The notes under the pieces are model-generated. The model worked only from the letters and a program-made list of their open reading frames with translations. It searched no databases and was not told where the DNA came from. Of a DNA stretch of 59,596 nucleotides, positions 28,649-38,202 are shown one piece after another (the stretch's first letter is position 1; each line of letters begins with the position of its first letter). Position numbers and translations under genes: made by a program. Location: positions 1 through 59,596 of the forward strand of contig JBHLLP010000020.1 of assembly GCA_048885525.1 (NCBI GenBank), in the 5' to 3' direction. This DNA comes from Candidatus Hermodarchaeota archaeon (GTDB taxonomy: Archaea; Asgardarchaeota; Lokiarchaeia; Sigyniarchaeales; SOKP01).

Positions 28649-29872
28649 TTATCCCATTTTTTCTATTAATTTATCGATAATTTCTTTAAAATCTAAATCT
28701 TCTGGTCTTGGTACAAACTTAATTTCTATTGTATCTTCCATTACATCAATTTTAGCAGCCTTCATTAATTCTACGATTTCTTTTACAGCACCTCCACCCC
28801 AACCATATGAACCAAAAGCTAATCCGACTTTGTTCATTGGTTTTAAACCCTTTTGATAAGATAAATATTCTGCCACTGTTGGATATAGTCCATTATTTAG
28901 GGTCGGGCTTCCAATTACTATAGCTTTTGCCTTCATAGCTTCTGTAATTACATCTGAATAATCAGCGTTGGTTAATCGATATCTTTTTACTGGAATTCCT
29001 CGGTGTTTAATTTCATTAGTTAAAGCTTTAGCAATTTTTGCTGTACTCTCCCACATCGTATCATAAACAATAAGTACACTTTTTTCATCTATATCTCCTT
29101 TACTCCATTTAGTATATCTTTCTAAAATTTCAGGAATGTTCTTCCTCCAGCAGACACCATGAGAAGTACATATAACTTCGATTGGTAATGCTCCAACCTT
29201 TGGTAATGCTTTTGCTATTAGCCCAGAAAGGTGAAGTAAAATATTTGCATAATATTTCTCTGCTTCCTGAAAAACTTCAGCTAGATCGTTTTGATCATCC
29301 CAACGCTTAGATGTTGCATAATGTTGCCCAAAAGCATCATTTGAAAACAAAACATTTTTCCCATTCTCATCAGTCATAAAAGAAACCATGGAATCGGGCC
29401 AATGAATCATTGGAATAGGCACAAATGTAAACTTTTTACCGTTTCCAATATCCAAAGTATCCCCTTCTTCGACAGCTCTAATTTTATTAAATATATCTTC
29501 ATCAACTTCTTCATGAAAATGGGCTTTTAAAATTTCAACCCCTCTCTTTGAAGCAATTAATTCGGCATTAGGTAAATGCTTAATAATTAATGGAAATGAT
29601 CCAGAATGATCCATTTCTACATGATTAGTAATGAAATAATCAATTTCAGAAGGGTCGCATACTTCCCTAATATTATTCAAGAAATATTCAAAATAAGGAC
29701 GTTTAACAGTATCAATCAGCACTGTTTTTTCTCCTTTAACTATATATGAGTTATAACTACTACCTCGATGAGTAGAATATCCATGAAAATTCCGTACCTC
29801 CCAATCTACATAACCAACATAATAGATATCTCTCATTAATTCTAAATGAGTAATTTCAATTTCCACCTTCAT
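28649..29872 (-). CDS. fprA: Flavodiiron protein (O2/NO reductase)
   Basis: SYNSY, NHVEMDHSG, HWPDS, SNDAFG, SHG; flavodoxin domain TMWEST, GSPT, FGSYGWGGG. Confidence 0.95.
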   Translation of the reverse strand: MKVEIEITHLELMRDIYYVGYVDWEVRNFHGYSTHRGSSYNSYIVKGEKTVLIDTVKRPYFEYFLNNIREVCDPSEIDYFITNHVEMDHSGSFPLIIKHLPNAELIASKRGVEILKAHFHEEVDEDIFNKIRAVEEGDTLDIGNGKKFTFVPIPMIHWPDSMVSFMTDENGKNVLFSNDAFGQHYATSKRWDDQNDLAEVFQEAEKYYANILLHLSGLIAKALPKVGALPIEVICTSHGVCWRKNIPEILERYTKWSKGDIDEKSVLIVYDTMWESTAKIAKALTNEIKHRGIPVKRYRLTNADYSDVITEAMKAKAIVIGSPTLNNGLYPTVAEYLSYQKGLKPMNKVGLAFGSYGWGGGAVKEIVELMKAAKIDVMEDTIEIKFVPRPEDLDFKEIIDKLIEKMG

Positions 29873-30001
29873 TAATTAGGATTTATAATTTATTTTTTAA
29901 TAGTAATACAAATCAAATTAAAAACTTATATTCTATTTATTATAAAATTTTACAGAAATTAAGCAATAAAAAAAAATTAAAGAAGATAATAGATTTCTTT
30001 G

Positions 30002-30139
30002 TTATTCAATTTTTTCAAACATATCTTTTCCTACGCCGCAAACGGGGCAAGTCCAATCATCTGGTAAATCTTCAAATTTTGTTCCTTCGGCTTCTTCATC
30101 ATACACATAACCACAAGCTTGACATTCCCATTTTCCCAT
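30002..30139 (-). CDS. rub: Rubredoxin (45 aa)
   Basis: Not in the ORF track. Read by hand: [45 protein letters not shown]. Confidence 0.95.
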   Translation of the reverse strand: MGKWECQACGYVYDEEAEGTKFEDLPDDWTCPVCGVGKDMFEKIE

Positions 30140-30296
30140 TCTAACCACTTCTTAGTTCATTTAAGATGTAATATTTGATTTTATGGATTGAAATTGAATG
30201 TATATTAAAAATATTAATTTAATATTTTATAAATTGTTCCAAAAAGAGATTAGATTAATTACGCAAATAAATAAAAAAAAAAAAATTAGATTATAT

Positions 30297-31694
30297 TTAC
30301 AAGTTAAGTTCTATAATTTTTTCTTGGTGGAATTTAACTTTGTCTGGAGTTAAGTAGTACCATCTCCAAAAGACTATCGTTGAAATCAACATCAATATTC
30401 CCGGAATTAAACCAAAATGAATATGTACTCCCAATATTGCTGATAGTGGTTGCTCTGCAAGTGTACCTCCCGGGACATATCTTGTAATGGTTTGTACTGA
30501 CGCAAAAATAATTCCTTGTAATAGAAATGCTAGGCGTCCAAAGAATTGTAGGAATCCATTAAACACACCTTCTTTACGTTTATGAGTAATAACCACTGAT
30601 TCATCAATAACATCGCCTAATATTGGTGCTATCATAGTCCAAAACCCTCCAAGGGCAAAACCCCAAAGGATAAGAGAGGCAAATAATATCCATTTATCCT
30701 CGATAAAAATAAAAGGGATTGTGAAAATAGTTAATAAAAAGCTAGTTATTAACATTGTAATCTTGTTATTATCGGTTTTATGAGCTATAATCGCCCATAA
30801 TGGTGAGCCAATTAAAGCTCCAATAAGAAAACCAGCAGATAATAATGTTTGCGTTTCTTCTACTTCTGCCAATGCAAATTTAACAACAAAAGGAATAGAT
30901 GCTGTAATAGATATTACAAGTGTCCTGTAAAGAGTATAGGAAATTATAAAAGAGAGAAATGATTTTTGTTTCAGTGAAGTCCTTAAGGATCTAAAAAATG
31001 ATTCACTTTCATCCGCACGCTCATGACTATCAAGATATTTATCGATTGTTAATTGATCCTCTCGACATCCAGGGATTGAGAGCATCAAGACAATTATTCC
31101 TACGATTATTATTAACCCAGCATTTATGATGAAAGAGACAGCAACCTCATAATCAATTATCAATGGTGGCAATATTGCTCCGAGAGCTACCCCAATAATT
31201 CCTATAGGAGTTTGTATACCTGTAGCCTTTCTACGTTCTTCTGCTGACCGAAATTTATCTGGAAATAGAGATGAAAAATTAACAAAAAATATAGAGTTAA
31301 AAGTATCGAAGATACATGTAGTAGCTATAAACCAAATAAATAGAATCCATGCTCCAGACTGAGGATCTACATTCGGGGGTGTAAAAACAAGAATATAACA
31401 CAATATATACGGGATCCCACCAATCATTATCCATGGAAATCTCCTTCCCCATTTTTTTGTAAACTTAAAAGGCCTGTTTGTTAAATACCCCACTAGGGGG
31501 TCATTAACTGCATTCCAGATAGCAAAAATAATAACCCCTAAACCAATAATTAACGGGTTAACACCAATAGTGCTGACATAAAAGAAATATAATAATGAAG
31601 TAAACGCCATCTCCATAAATTCGGTTAGGAATTTACCAAATCCATATGATGCCATATTCAGTTTTGAATGTTCAATTCCAATATCTTCTCCCAT
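30297..31694 (-). CDS. MFS transporter, GPH/MelB (MFS_2) family
   Basis: WNAVNDPLVG, WGRRFPW, DVIDE...RKEG; about 12 TM. Confidence 0.9.
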   Translation of the reverse strand: MGEDIGIEHSKLNMASYGFGKFLTEFMEMAFTSLLYFFYVSTIGVNPLIIGLGVIIFAIWNAVNDPLVGYLTNRPFKFTKKWGRRFPWIMIGGIPYILCYILVFTPPNVDPQSGAWILFIWFIATTCIFDTFNSIFFVNFSSLFPDKFRSAEERRKATGIQTPIGIIGVALGAILPPLIIDYEVAVSFIINAGLIIIVGIIVLMLSIPGCREDQLTIDKYLDSHERADESESFFRSLRTSLKQKSFLSFIISYTLYRTLVISITASIPFVVKFALAEVEETQTLLSAGFLIGALIGSPLWAIIAHKTDNNKITMLITSFLLTIFTIPFIFIEDKWILFASLILWGFALGGFWTMIAPILGDVIDESVVITHKRKEGVFNGFLQFFGRLAFLLQGIIFASVQTITRYVPGGTLAEQPLSAILGVHIHFGLIPGILMLISTIVFWRWYYLTPDKVKFHQEKIIELNL

Positions 31695-31811
31695 TTTTAA
31701 CCACAGATCTTTAAATTAAATTTATTAAATTAGATAAGAATTAGATTTTTCTATTTTTATATGTAATTATTTTTTTAAAAATAATGATCAATTCCAAAAC
31801 TATCTAAAGAT

Positions 31812-31949
31812 CTATTTTTTAATAAAGAATTTTTTAGGGGATCGACACTTTGGACATCTATATTCTTTTTCATCTAGTTCTTCGAAAAGTTTGTCTTTCT
31901 CATCATTAACGTAAATATAATTACATATTTTACATCGGTATATAGAAAT
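31812..31949 (-). CDS. Second rubredoxin-like protein (45 aa), probable ATT start
   Basis: Not in the ORF track: (M)SIYRCKICNYIYVNDEKDKLFEELDEKEYRCPKCRSPKKFFIKK*. No ATG/GTG/TTG in frame; GAGGAG lies 6 nt upstream of the ATT. Confidence 0.75.
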   Translation of the reverse strand: MSIYRCKICNYIYVNDEKDKLFEELDEKEYRCPKCRSPKKFFIKK

Positions 31950-31973
31950 TATTATCTCCTCATTAAAATATAA

Positions 31974-33326
31974 TTATGATTTGCTTTTTATTTTAAAATC
32001 TTTTTTAGAACCTTTGCAATTTGGACATTTCCAATCTTGCGGTAAATCTTTAAAGAGAATACCCATTTTAGCCTCATCATATTCCACACCACAATTATTG
32101 CATATGTAAGAATATAACTCTAATAATTTTTTTAACTCCTCTCTATCAACGTCTTGTTCCATTTTATTATATACAAAAGACATTGCTTTATTATCACCGA
32201 ATAAAATAGCTCCCTTTAATTTATTTCCCTTTAATACCAATTTTTGATAACAGCAATCTTTTTTATCAGATTTTTTTAAGATTTCCCATGCACCACCTTC
32301 TTCTTTTGTAGGATCTATAATCCCCATTGAAGTTAATTCTAAACCAACAATTTTAAGGGTGTTTTTAGGGGTTGTTCCTCTATAATCAACTTTTTTTAAT
32401 CCAAGTACGGAAGCTGCTACTATTTTTGATTGCTCCATACATGCTGGAATAATACCCCATATTTGATTTTTGTATTCTATGCAATCTCCAACAGCATAAA
32501 CATCTTTTTCACTAGTTTCCAAAAATTCATTAACAATTATTCCCCTATTAGTTTGAATACCAACTTCTTTGGCTAAATCTATTGTGGGGGTGATCCCCGC
32601 CTGGATTAGGACCATATCTGTAGTTAATTTTTGTCCACTTTTTAATTTGATTCCCGATACTGTTCCATTTCCTAAAATTTCTTCAGTAGCAGCATCTAAA
32701 ACTACTTTTATTCCCCGACTTTCAATTTCCTCCTTTAACATTAGACCACATTCTTCATCTAATTGTCTTGGTAATAATCTTGGAAAGAATTCTACTACTG
32801 TTGTATCCAAATTACATTCATTAATTTGATTTGCTAATTCTAATCCTAACAAACCTCCTCCAATTATAATTGCATTATTCACATTTTTTCTTTTAATATA
32901 TTCTTTTATTTCAAGAGCATCAGCAATACTGCGAAGTGTAAACACACCTTTCTTTTGTTGTTTCATGTCAATTGCATTTTTAATGGGTGGAATATTAGGA
33001 GTACTTCCAAGTGCTAAAATGAGTTTATCATAAGATATCTCCGATTTTTCTCCTTCTATATATATTGATTTTGAATTTAGATCGACTTTTACTACTTTTT
33101 TATTTAAATGTAAGTTTATATGTCTAGTTTTATACCAATCTTCTTTAAAAACAACTAAATCATCAATGGTTACTTTCTCGGATATCAATTCTGGTAGTTT
33201 TACTCTCGTATAATACGGGTATTCTTCTTGTGTAAAGATCTCAATTTCTACTTCATCATTGAGAGATCTTAAATTTTGGGCAGTAAATGTTCCAGCAATA
33301 TTGTTCCCTATTATTACAACCTTCAT
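31974..33326 (-). CDS. NAD(P)H:rubredoxin oxidoreductase with fused C-terminal rubredoxin
   Basis: IIGNNIAG, YDKLILALGS, GGGLLGLE, YAVGDC; C-terminal CNNCGVEYD...LPQDWKCPNC. Confidence 0.9.
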   Translation of the reverse strand: MKVVIIGNNIAGTFTAQNLRSLNDEVEIEIFTQEEYPYYTRVKLPELISEKVTIDDLVVFKEDWYKTRHINLHLNKKVVKVDLNSKSIYIEGEKSEISYDKLILALGSTPNIPPIKNAIDMKQQKKGVFTLRSIADALEIKEYIKRKNVNNAIIIGGGLLGLELANQINECNLDTTVVEFFPRLLPRQLDEECGLMLKEEIESRGIKVVLDAATEEILGNGTVSGIKLKSGQKLTTDMVLIQAGITPTIDLAKEVGIQTNRGIIVNEFLETSEKDVYAVGDCIEYKNQIWGIIPACMEQSKIVAASVLGLKKVDYRGTTPKNTLKIVGLELTSMGIIDPTKEEGGAWEILKKSDKKDCCYQKLVLKGNKLKGAILFGDNKAMSFVYNKMEQDVDREELKKLLELYSYICNNCGVEYDEAKMGILFKDLPQDWKCPNCKGSKKDFKIKSKS

Positions 33327-33396
33327 AGAATTATTAGTTTTTACATATTATTTTAACGTTTTTATTATAGATTGTAATCTAGAAGCATAAAATAAA

Positions 33397-33408
33397 TGAA
33401 CATGTTCA
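33397..33408. promoter_or_regulatory. Perfect 12-bp palindrome TGAACATGTTCA in the divergent NROR/cooS intergenic region
   Basis: Seen directly; recurs at 35441-35452. Confidence 0.65.
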
Positions 33409-33483
33409 AAAATAAACTTAAATCAGATTCACTTATTTTTTAAATACGACAATTTTATAAAATTTAGAAAAAAGTGTTAATTT

Positions 33484-35388
33484 ATGGAAAATGAAAGAAT
33501 TTCTTATCATAAATCAGTTCAAAAAGTGTATGAAAGGCTTAAAAAAGATGGGATGACAAACATATGGGATCGTTTTCAAGCACAAGGTTTTGGAGGTGTC
33601 CCAGATAAGCGATGTCCATTTTGTTTAAAAGGTGCACGTTGTGATTTGTGTTCTAATGGTCCTTGCAGAGCTGATTCATCAATAGATAAACGCGGTGTAT
33701 GTGGAATTACTGCGGACGGGATGGCAATGCGTATGATGCTTCTAAGGAATGTTATGGGTGCATCAACCTATCATTATCATACTGAAACAACATTAAAAAC
33801 CTTGAAGGCTACAGTAGAAGGAAAAACACCATTTAAAATCTCAGAGCCAGAAAAGTTGAAAAGTTTTGCTAAGCGTCTTGGTTTAGATACATCTGGGTCT
33901 GAAAAAGAAATCGCACTTGAATTATATAGTTTTGTAAAAGAGGATTTTAATAGAGCTTATGATGAAACTAGTGAAATTGTTGAGAAATTAGCTCCACCTG
34001 AAAGACAAGAGGTATGGAAAAAATTAGGAATTTTCCCAGGTGGCCTTTATGGTGAAATGATGTTTTCGACTAGTTCTTGTCTTACAAATGTAGATGGATA
34101 TTATGCCAGTTTAGCTCTTAAAGCAATGAGACTTGGGATTGCGATGGCATATCAAAGCCAAATTGTCAATGAATTCACTCAAGATATTTTATTTAATGTT
34201 CCAAGACCTCATATAATGAGAGTGAATCTTGGAGTATTAGATCCCGATTATATAAATATCCTTCCCAATGGGCATGAACCATTTTTAGGATTTGCAATGA
34301 TCCAACTTGCTCGAAAAACTGAATGGCAAGAAAAAGCAAAAGCTGTTGGTGCAAAAGGCTTAAGAATAATAGCAAACATTGAGACTGGACAAGAAATGAT
34401 ACAAAGATGGGAAATGGATGACGTCTTCTATGGATTTACAGGAAATTGGATTATGCAAGAAGCCATTTTGGCTAGTGGTTGCATCGATGCATTTATTTGT
34501 GATATGAATTGTTGTATGCCAATTGATCCATTTTATGCTGAAAAATATAAATTCAAATTAGTTCCAGTTTCTGAAGTTGTAGCTTTTGAAGGGATAACTG
34601 AAAGGGTAGATTATAAGCCTGAAAAAGCTGAATCTCAAGCAGCTCAATTACTACAAATGGCAATTGATAATTTCAAAGAGCGTAGAACAAATGTTAAGCC
34701 CATTACTGATTTGGATATGAATGAAGCAATAGTGGGATTTTCAAGTGAAAGTATCCTTGCTGCTCTAGGAGGGACTTTAGAACCATTACTCGATTTAATT
34801 AAAGATGGTACTATACGAGGTGTTGCTGGATTAGTTTCTTGTACTACATTGAGAGATTATGGACAAGATGTACATGTTATTGAAGTGGCTAAAGAATTAA
34901 TTAAAAGAGATGTTTTAGTGTTATCAATGGGATGTGGTAATGGTGCATTACAAGTTGGAGGATTATGTTTACCAGAAGCAAAAGATTTAGCAGGTCCAGG
35001 CTTAAAAGCGGTTTGTGAAAAACTGGGTATTCCTCCTGTACTTAGTTATGGAACATGTACAGATACCGGAAGAGTAGCTGATTTGATAGGGATCATTTCT
35101 ACCGCACTCGGAGGTGTCCCAGTTCCAGATTTGCCAGTAGTTGCCGTGGCTCCAGAATACATGGAACAAAAGGCCACTATTGATGCTATATTCGCTTTAG
35201 CATATGGTCTTTATACATATGTCAATCCAGTGCCTACTGTTACTGGTGGTGCTGATTTAGTGAAACTTTTAACTGAAGATTGTAAAGATTTAACCGGTGG
35301 GATCCTACATGTAGAGACTGATACAAAAGAAGCAGTGGATGCAATGATGGAACATATAGAATCAAATCGTAAGAAATTAGGGATTTAA
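33484..35388 (+). CDS. cooS: CooS-family (Ni-CODH scaffold) protein with atypical C-cluster ligands (CooS-V-like)
   Basis: CPFC...CDLCSNGPC...RGVCG (D/B clusters), NGHEP, NIETGQE in place of the usual CCTGNE, DMNCC, VSCTT, MGCG, GTCTD, EYMEQKA. Confidence 0.88.
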   Translation: MENERISYHKSVQKVYERLKKDGMTNIWDRFQAQGFGGVPDKRCPFCLKGARCDLCSNGPCRADSSIDKRGVCGITADGMAMRMMLLRNVMGASTYHYHTETTLKTLKATVEGKTPFKISEPEKLKSFAKRLGLDTSGSEKEIALELYSFVKEDFNRAYDETSEIVEKLAPPERQEVWKKLGIFPGGLYGEMMFSTSSCLTNVDGYYASLALKAMRLGIAMAYQSQIVNEFTQDILFNVPRPHIMRVNLGVLDPDYINILPNGHEPFLGFAMIQLARKTEWQEKAKAVGAKGLRIIANIETGQEMIQRWEMDDVFYGFTGNWIMQEAILASGCIDAFICDMNCCMPIDPFYAEKYKFKLVPVSEVVAFEGITERVDYKPEKAESQAAQLLQMAIDNFKERRTNVKPITDLDMNEAIVGFSSESILAALGGTLEPLLDLIKDGTIRGVAGLVSCTTLRDYGQDVHVIEVAKELIKRDVLVLSMGCGNGALQVGGLCLPEAKDLAGPGLKAVCEKLGIPPVLSYGTCTDTGRVADLIGIISTALGGVPVPDLPVVAVAPEYMEQKATIDAIFALAYGLYTYVNPVPTVTGGADLVKLLTEDCKDLTGGILHVETDTKEAVDAMMEHIESNRKKLGI

Positions 35389-35440
35389 TCCCCATTCCTA
35401 AATTTTAATTTAAATTCTTCTTTTAATTTTTTTTTCATTT

Positions 35441-35452
35441 TGAACATGTTCG
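35441..35452. promoter_or_regulatory. Second copy of the palindrome (TGAACATGTTCG) upstream of the Fe-S protein gene
   Basis: 11/12 identical to the 33397 site; ends 38 nt before the likely ATG at 35491. Confidence 0.6.
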
Positions 35453-35490
35453 AAATCAAAAATATATTTCCACCTATATTTGGTTTAATC

Positions 35491-36276
35491 ATGACTGAAG
35501 CAAAACAACATAAAATTGTCAAAAGAAAAATTATTAAGATCGATGAAGATCTTTGTACAGGATGCGGGAATTGTGTGGTGGATTGTGCAGAAGGTGCATT
35601 AAAAGTAATCGACGGAAAAGCTAGAGTTATAAATGAAGTTTTCTGTGATGGGCTTGGTGCATGTATTTCTGGTTGTCCTGAAGGAGCCCTTGAAATTATT
35701 GAAAGAGAAGCGTTAGAATTCGATGAGGAAGCGGTTGAGAAACATTTAGAAAATATGAAACATAATGAACAACCTGAAACTGAACAAATAAAACAAATTA
35801 TTTCTGAACATACTCACCAATGTGGTTGTCCCTCTACTCAAACGATGGTTTTTGAGGAACTTGAAACTCCTACAGAAGTAAATGGAAAGATTCAATCATC
35901 ATTAAGACAGTGGCCAGTTCAAATGCACTTAATCAATCCTCAAGCTCCATATTATCAAGGTGCGGATGTATTACTTTCAGCAGATTGTGTTGGATTTTCC
36001 TACGGTGATTTTCATAGAGACTTCCTAAAACACAAGTCTATTGCGATAGCTTGTCCCAAACTTGACCAAGGGAAAGAAGTGTATATAAACAAAATTAAAT
36101 CATTGATTGATGATGCAAAAATAAATACACTTACAGTTGCTATTATGGAAGTTCCCTGTTGTTCAGGTCTATTAGCTTTAGCTCAAGAAGGAGCTAATCG
36201 TGCAAATAGAAAAGTTCCAATAAAATACATTGTTGTTGGCATACAAGGAAATATTTTAAAAGAAGAATGGATATAA
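35491..36276 (+). CDS. 2x[4Fe-4S] ferredoxin-domain protein of the LRQWPVQ family (often hcp-associated)
   Basis: CTGCGNCVVDC, CDGLGACISGCP, CGCP, LRQWPVQ, ADC, ACPKLD, MEVPCC. ATG at 35491 preferred to TTG at 35440. Confidence 0.85.
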   Translation: MTEAKQHKIVKRKIIKIDEDLCTGCGNCVVDCAEGALKVIDGKARVINEVFCDGLGACISGCPEGALEIIEREALEFDEEAVEKHLENMKHNEQPETEQIKQIISEHTHQCGCPSTQTMVFEELETPTEVNGKIQSSLRQWPVQMHLINPQAPYYQGADVLLSADCVGFSYGDFHRDFLKHKSIAIACPKLDQGKEVYINKIKSLIDDAKINTLTVAIMEVPCCSGLLALAQEGANRANRKVPIKYIVVGIQGNILKEEWI

Positions 36277-36296
36277 TTTTTTTCATACTTTTTTTC

Positions 36297-36950
36297 TTAT
36301 TTTTCAAATAAGACTTTCTTTTTAATGATTTTTCTAAGCATTACTGAAAGAGCTGATTTAGATTTTCCCAAATGAGTAGCTAATTCCTCTAATGAAATTT
36401 TTCGAGGAATTTCAAAAAATCCTAGAGAAATAGCTTTATTAAGTATGTTTGATTCATCAAATGTTAATTTACTTTTATCTTCTTCAATATTATAAGGAGA
36501 TAAGCCAATTCGTAGTAATTCAAAATCAACATTTTTTTGCTCGAAAAGAGTTAAAAGTTGGTCTATCCGCTCTCTACTTGAAATTAACCGCCAATAAGCA
36601 AATCCATCTTCAACTCTTACCGGGAAATCGACAAGAACACCACATTTAATTATAGCGTATAATAAATAAGGATCTTTTGTTTTGACATTAAACTTAACTT
36701 GATTTTCTTCCTTTTCTAATACACTTATTTCAAAAACAGAAGGATGGTTTCTAATTTCTTCCATGATTGAATCTACTTTGTAATGCATTATCTCAATTAC
36801 GCTATTACCAATAGATCGTTCAAGATCATAAGGAAGAAAATGTGAAATTTCCATTTTTAAATCAGGATAGTTTTTAAAAATTTCAGATATCCATATTTGT
36901 TCCGGAAACTTAATTTTTATTCTAGCTAAACTTGGTTTGCTTAAAGCCAT
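36297..36950 (-). CDS. Bat-type (HTH_10) archaeal transcription regulator
   Basis: C-terminal LT...L..A...GFFEIPRKISLEELA..LG.SKSALS..LRK. Confidence 0.88.
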   Translation of the reverse strand: MALSKPSLARIKIKFPEQIWISEIFKNYPDLKMEISHFLPYDLERSIGNSVIEIMHYKVDSIMEEIRNHPSVFEISVLEKEENQVKFNVKTKDPYLLYAIIKCGVLVDFPVRVEDGFAYWRLISSRERIDQLLTLFEQKNVDFELLRIGLSPYNIEEDKSKLTFDESNILNKAISLGFFEIPRKISLEELATHLGKSKSALSVMLRKIIKKKVLFEK

Positions 36951-37037
36951 CTTGAAATATTAGGATTTAAGATTTTAAAACTTTTATTTTATACAATAAT
37001 GATTAATTATTAATAAAATCAAGTTAAATTCATTATT

Positions 37038-37637
37038 ATGGTTGAAAACAAGAATCGACTTTTGGGAATATGTGGAAGCCCTAGAAGACAGGGAACTGAA
37101 TACGCAGTCCAGTATGCTTTAAATTATGCAGCTGAAAAGTTTGGGTTTAAAACAGAGTTTTGGACTGTTAGGAATAAAAAAATTAATTTTTGCCTTCATT
37201 GCGACTATTGTATTCGGGAGAAAAAAGGATGTGTTAATAAGGATGATATGGAGGATCTTTATTCTAAATTTGAGGAAGCAAAATTTATTCTCTTAGGTAC
37301 TCCAATATTTCAAGGTAATTTATCTGGCCAACTAAAGACGGTAATGGATCGGTGTCGTGCTATGGTTGCTAAAAATCCAAATGTGTTAAAAGATAAAATT
37401 GGAGCCGCATTGGCTGTAGGGGGAGATAGAAATGGAGGACAAGAAATTGCTATAAGAAGTATTTTAGATTTTTATCAACAAAACCATATTATATCAGTAT
37501 CTGGTGGAGCTTTCGGAGCGAATTTAGGTGCAAGTTTATGGAGTAAAGATTTAGGTGGAGAAGGCGTTGAAAAAGATGAAGAAGGTTTGAGAACTATCCG
37601 AAAAGTTATAAAACGGTTAGTAGAATTTAAAAAATAA
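37038..37637 (+). CDS. Iron-sulfur flavoprotein (Isf / flavodoxin-like FMN reductase family)
   Basis: GSPRRQGT, CLHCDYC...C, DDM, GTPIF, DRC, GGDRNGGQE. Confidence 0.9.
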   Translation: MVENKNRLLGICGSPRRQGTEYAVQYALNYAAEKFGFKTEFWTVRNKKINFCLHCDYCIREKKGCVNKDDMEDLYSKFEEAKFILLGTPIFQGNLSGQLKTVMDRCRAMVAKNPNVLKDKIGAALAVGGDRNGGQEIAIRSILDFYQQNHIISVSGGAFGANLGASLWSKDLGGEGVEKDEEGLRTIRKVIKRLVEFKK

Positions 37638-37657
37638 AAAATAAATTTGATAAAAAA

Positions 37658-37951
37658 TTATTTAATTCCAAATAGTTTCTTGGCTTCTTTCTCTCTTAAT
37701 CCAGAAACACCCCAGAGTTCTTTAAACCAATATTTACCTTTATGAATAACAACTGGCGTATTAACTATACAACCATCAGCATCACAGAATGTTTTTAAAA
37801 AATTATCATCATGTAATAGCTCATGTACAAATTCCTCCTCATTTATATCTCGTTCAATATATCTAACTTCATTTTCCTTTAACCATTCTTTTAATTCATG
37901 ACAACGATGACAATCTTCTTTTGTTATCACTAGTGGTGTTTTTGCTTCCAT
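37658..37951 (-). CDS. Glutaredoxin/NrdH-like protein
   Basis: CHRC, LKEWL, cis-Pro TPV; extra CDADGC. Confidence 0.75.
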   Translation of the reverse strand: MEAKTPLVITKEDCHRCHELKEWLKENEVRYIERDINEEEFVHELLHDDNFLKTFCDADGCIVNTPVVIHKGKYWFKELWGVSGLREKEAKKLFGIK

Positions 37952-38202
37952 ATTATACGAATATTCAAAAGTAATAAAAAAGCTTATTCTTCTGAAGTAT
38001 AAATTTTATAATAAAAAAAACGAAAAATCGATAGATGTATCACAGTAATTTCTATAAACCAAAATATAAGAATTGTTATTTATTACTATTAAAAATAAAA
38101 ATAAATGATTGATTTTCGCTCTAATTTTTATATATTATTCAGTATTTCTTAATAATTTATTATGATCAGATTCTTATTTCTTATTCTTATTTAAATCTTA
38201 AG

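Noticed and set aside
28179-28856. 225-aa plus-strand ORF
   Set aside because: Antisense shadow of the acyl-CoA dehydrogenase and fprA genes; Ser/Ile/Pro-rich with no motif.
33484-35388. CooS as the CODH partner of acsC in a Wood-Ljungdahl complex
   Set aside because: C-cluster Cys replaced by Glu, no cooC/acsB nearby, 29 kb from acsC, and the context is stress defence.
35440-35490. ORF-track N-terminal extensions (also at 3183, 21204, 44658, 46041, 47416, 55289)
   Set aside because: They overlap SD motifs, operators or upstream genes; downstream ATGs fit family N-termini better.
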